A stretch of DNA of 64,000 nucleotides from an uncultured Gemmatimonadaceae bacterium (lineage in GTDB: Bacteria; Gemmatimonadota; Gemmatimonadetes; Gemmatimonadales; Gemmatimonadaceae): the NCBI GenBank assembly GCA_963740355.1, contig CAVUDW010000002.1, positions 1,984,001 to 2,048,000 of the forward strand, read 5' to 3'. Within the stretch, counting starts at the first letter, position 1, and the number at the start of each line of letters is the position of its first letter. A program made the translations under genes and the position numbers. Positions 62,348-64,000 of this stretch are shown here, piece by piece. Below the pieces are notes generated by a model, which saw only the letters and a program-made list of their open reading frames with translations, ran no database searches and was not told where the DNA came from.

Positions 62348-63316
62348 ATGAAGCGCCTTCCCGCTGTCGCGTTGTTGATCGCCACCCTCGTGGTGCCACA
62401 TGTCTGCGCCGGTCAGGCGATCTCCACCACCGGCACCGAGCGCGACACGCGGCGGCAGTCGTACTGGCGTCTCTCGTACGACAACGACTTCTTCACGGCC
62501 ACCGACAAGTACTTCACGCAGGGGATCGCGCTCGAGATCGTGTCGCCTCGCTTGCGTGCACTTCCGGCGCGACGGGTGCTGATCGCGCCGCGCGCCACCG
62601 TCGTGCGCTACGGCATTGGCTACGAGGATGATGGCTACACGGCCAGTGACCTGAAGGCGCCGCAGATCCTGTGGGATGATCATCCGTATGCGGGCACCAA
62701 GCAGTTGCGGCTCTTTGCGATCGCGGATGACACGCTGCGACGTCAGCGCGTCACCTCGATGCTGACCCTCGGACTGATTGGCCAGGGCGCTGGGGGAAAG
62801 GAGATCCAGACGTTCATCCATCGACGGACTGGCAATACCATCCCGCAGGGCTGGGGCAACCAGATCCGGAATGATGTGATCCTCAACTACGAGGCTGGTA
62901 TGGAGCGCCAGTTGTTTCGCGCCAGCGACCGCCTCCTCCTGACAGGCAGCAGCAGTGCGCGCGCCGGCACCTTCAACACCGCGGCCACCGTTGGCGTAAC
63001 GGCCATGCTTGGTCGCGTCGGATCACCGTTCGCCACGGCACGACCGCGGCGCGAGATGTACCTGTACGCCAAGCCCCAGGTGAATCTGGTCGGCTACGAT
63101 GCCACGCTGCAGGGTGGGCTGTTCAATCGCTCGAGCCCGTACACAATCTCCGCCAGCGCACTCTCGCGCATCGTGTATCGGCAGCAAGTGGGGCTCGTGT
63201 ACCGCTCGCGCCACCACTTTTTCGAGTACTACCAATCGCTTGGCACGCGGGAGTTTCGCGGCGGACGCGCGCATCGATCCGGTGGATTTCAGCTCGGCTT
63301 CATGCGCGGGCAGTAG
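62348..63316 (+). CDS. Lipid A deacylase LpxR-family outer-membrane protein
   Basis: DNDFF..TDKYFTQG, HPYAG and GWGNQI motifs. Confidence 0.78.
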   Translation: MKRLPAVALLIATLVVPHVCAGQAISTTGTERDTRRQSYWRLSYDNDFFTATDKYFTQGIALEIVSPRLRALPARRVLIAPRATVVRYGIGYEDDGYTASDLKAPQILWDDHPYAGTKQLRLFAIADDTLRRQRVTSMLTLGLIGQGAGGKEIQTFIHRRTGNTIPQGWGNQIRNDVILNYEAGMERQLFRASDRLLLTGSSSARAGTFNTAATVGVTAMLGRVGSPFATARPRREMYLYAKPQVNLVGYDATLQGGLFNRSSPYTISASALSRIVYRQQVGLVYRSRHHFFEYYQSLGTREFRGGRAHRSGGFQLGFMRGQ

Positions 63317-64000
63317 TCAGGGGCAGGCTGGCGCGGCGTTTCGCGATCCGGCGAAACAGCTTCACGACCTCGGTCACGATCAACCCGACTGTCGACGCAA
63401 CGAGGCAAAGGCCGAGATCCGTGGAGGACAGCGGATCGGTATGCAGCAGCCGGTTGCCGATGGGCGTGTAGATCGCCGCCATTTGCAGGGCAATCGTCAG
63501 CAGCAGCGCGAGCAGCAGTGGCGTGTTCGACAGGATCGGGAGCGAGAAGATCGACTGTGTGTGTGACCGGACCGACAGCGCCTGGCCAACTTGCAGCAAG
63601 GTGAGCACCGTGAACACCATCGTCTGGTCGTTCTGGCGCCCGCTCGATGCGGCAAAGAACTGCACCAGCAAGGTGACGAGTGCCATCACGCACCCCATCA
63701 CGCCGATGCTGATCCACATCGACGTGTCGAACAATCCCTGCGTCGGTGGCTGCGGCGGACGCGCCATCGTATCCGGTTCAGCCGGTTCGGCCGCCAGCGC
63801 GAGACCAGGAACACCATCGGTCACGAGGTTGATCCAGAGGAGTTGCACCGGCAGCAGTGGCAATGGAAGGGCGAAGAACGGTGCCAGGAACACCACCAGC
63901 ACTTCGGCCAGGTTGCAGGCCAGGACATACCGAATGAACTTGCGAATGTTGTCGTAGATGCGGCGGCCTTCGCGCACTGCCGCGACGATCGACGCGAAGT
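63300..64000 (-). CDS. Cation-transporting P-type ATPase (Ca2+-type), C-terminal part
   Basis: EGRRIYDNIRKF and QLLWINLVTDG motifs; 5' end lies outside the window. Confidence 0.92.
   Translation of the reverse strand, partial: FASIVAAVREGRRIYDNIRKFIRYVLACNLAEVLVVFLAPFFALPLPLLPVQLLWINLVTDGVPGLALAAEPAEPDTMARPPQPPTQGLFDTSMWISIGVMGCVMALVTLLVQFFAASSGRQNDQTMVFTVLTLLQVGQALSVRSHTQSIFSLPILSNTPLLLALLLTIALQMAAIYTPIGNRLLHTDPLSSTDLGLCLVASTVGLIVTEVVKLFRRIAKRRASLPLTTARA

Overview
High-GC bacterial chromosome segment; the gene content and style suggest a Gemmatimonadota-like organism (inference). It has two housekeeping blocks. The first is purH(partial)-purN-gmhB-Ig-like lipoprotein-valS-BON-thrS. The second is thiolase-CAAX protease-hbd-acyl-CoA dehydrogenase-LeuDH-rpiB-glyA-nnr-thiL-plsC-eno-ftsB, with an HI1419/HI1420-type toxin-antitoxin pair inserted in it. 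After these come a sigma54-promoted PEP-CTERM gene, initiator and elongator tRNA-Met, and about 31 kb of accessory genes: BTAD-ATPase sensor, RdhA/QueG-like Fe-S protein, AI-2E plus paralog pair, NIT-MCP/FIST/GGDEF-EAL module, transporters and hydrolases. The most striking unexplained structure is a set of three related intergenic repeat families (A: CACGGAGCTCACGGAG; B: CGCGGAG-CGCGGGGGA-CGCGGAG-CCGCGGGGAAC; C: CGCRGAG/TTAACGCAGAA/GCCGCAGAACTG). They occur as inverted doublets, tandem expansions and gene-bounding copies. The largest family-B array sits directly upstream of a GxxExxY (PD-(D/E)XK-type nuclease) gene, which suggests a REP/RAYT-like nuclease-plus-repeat system. No CRISPR, integrase or transposase was recognised. 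All calls come from reading the sequence; no database searches were run.
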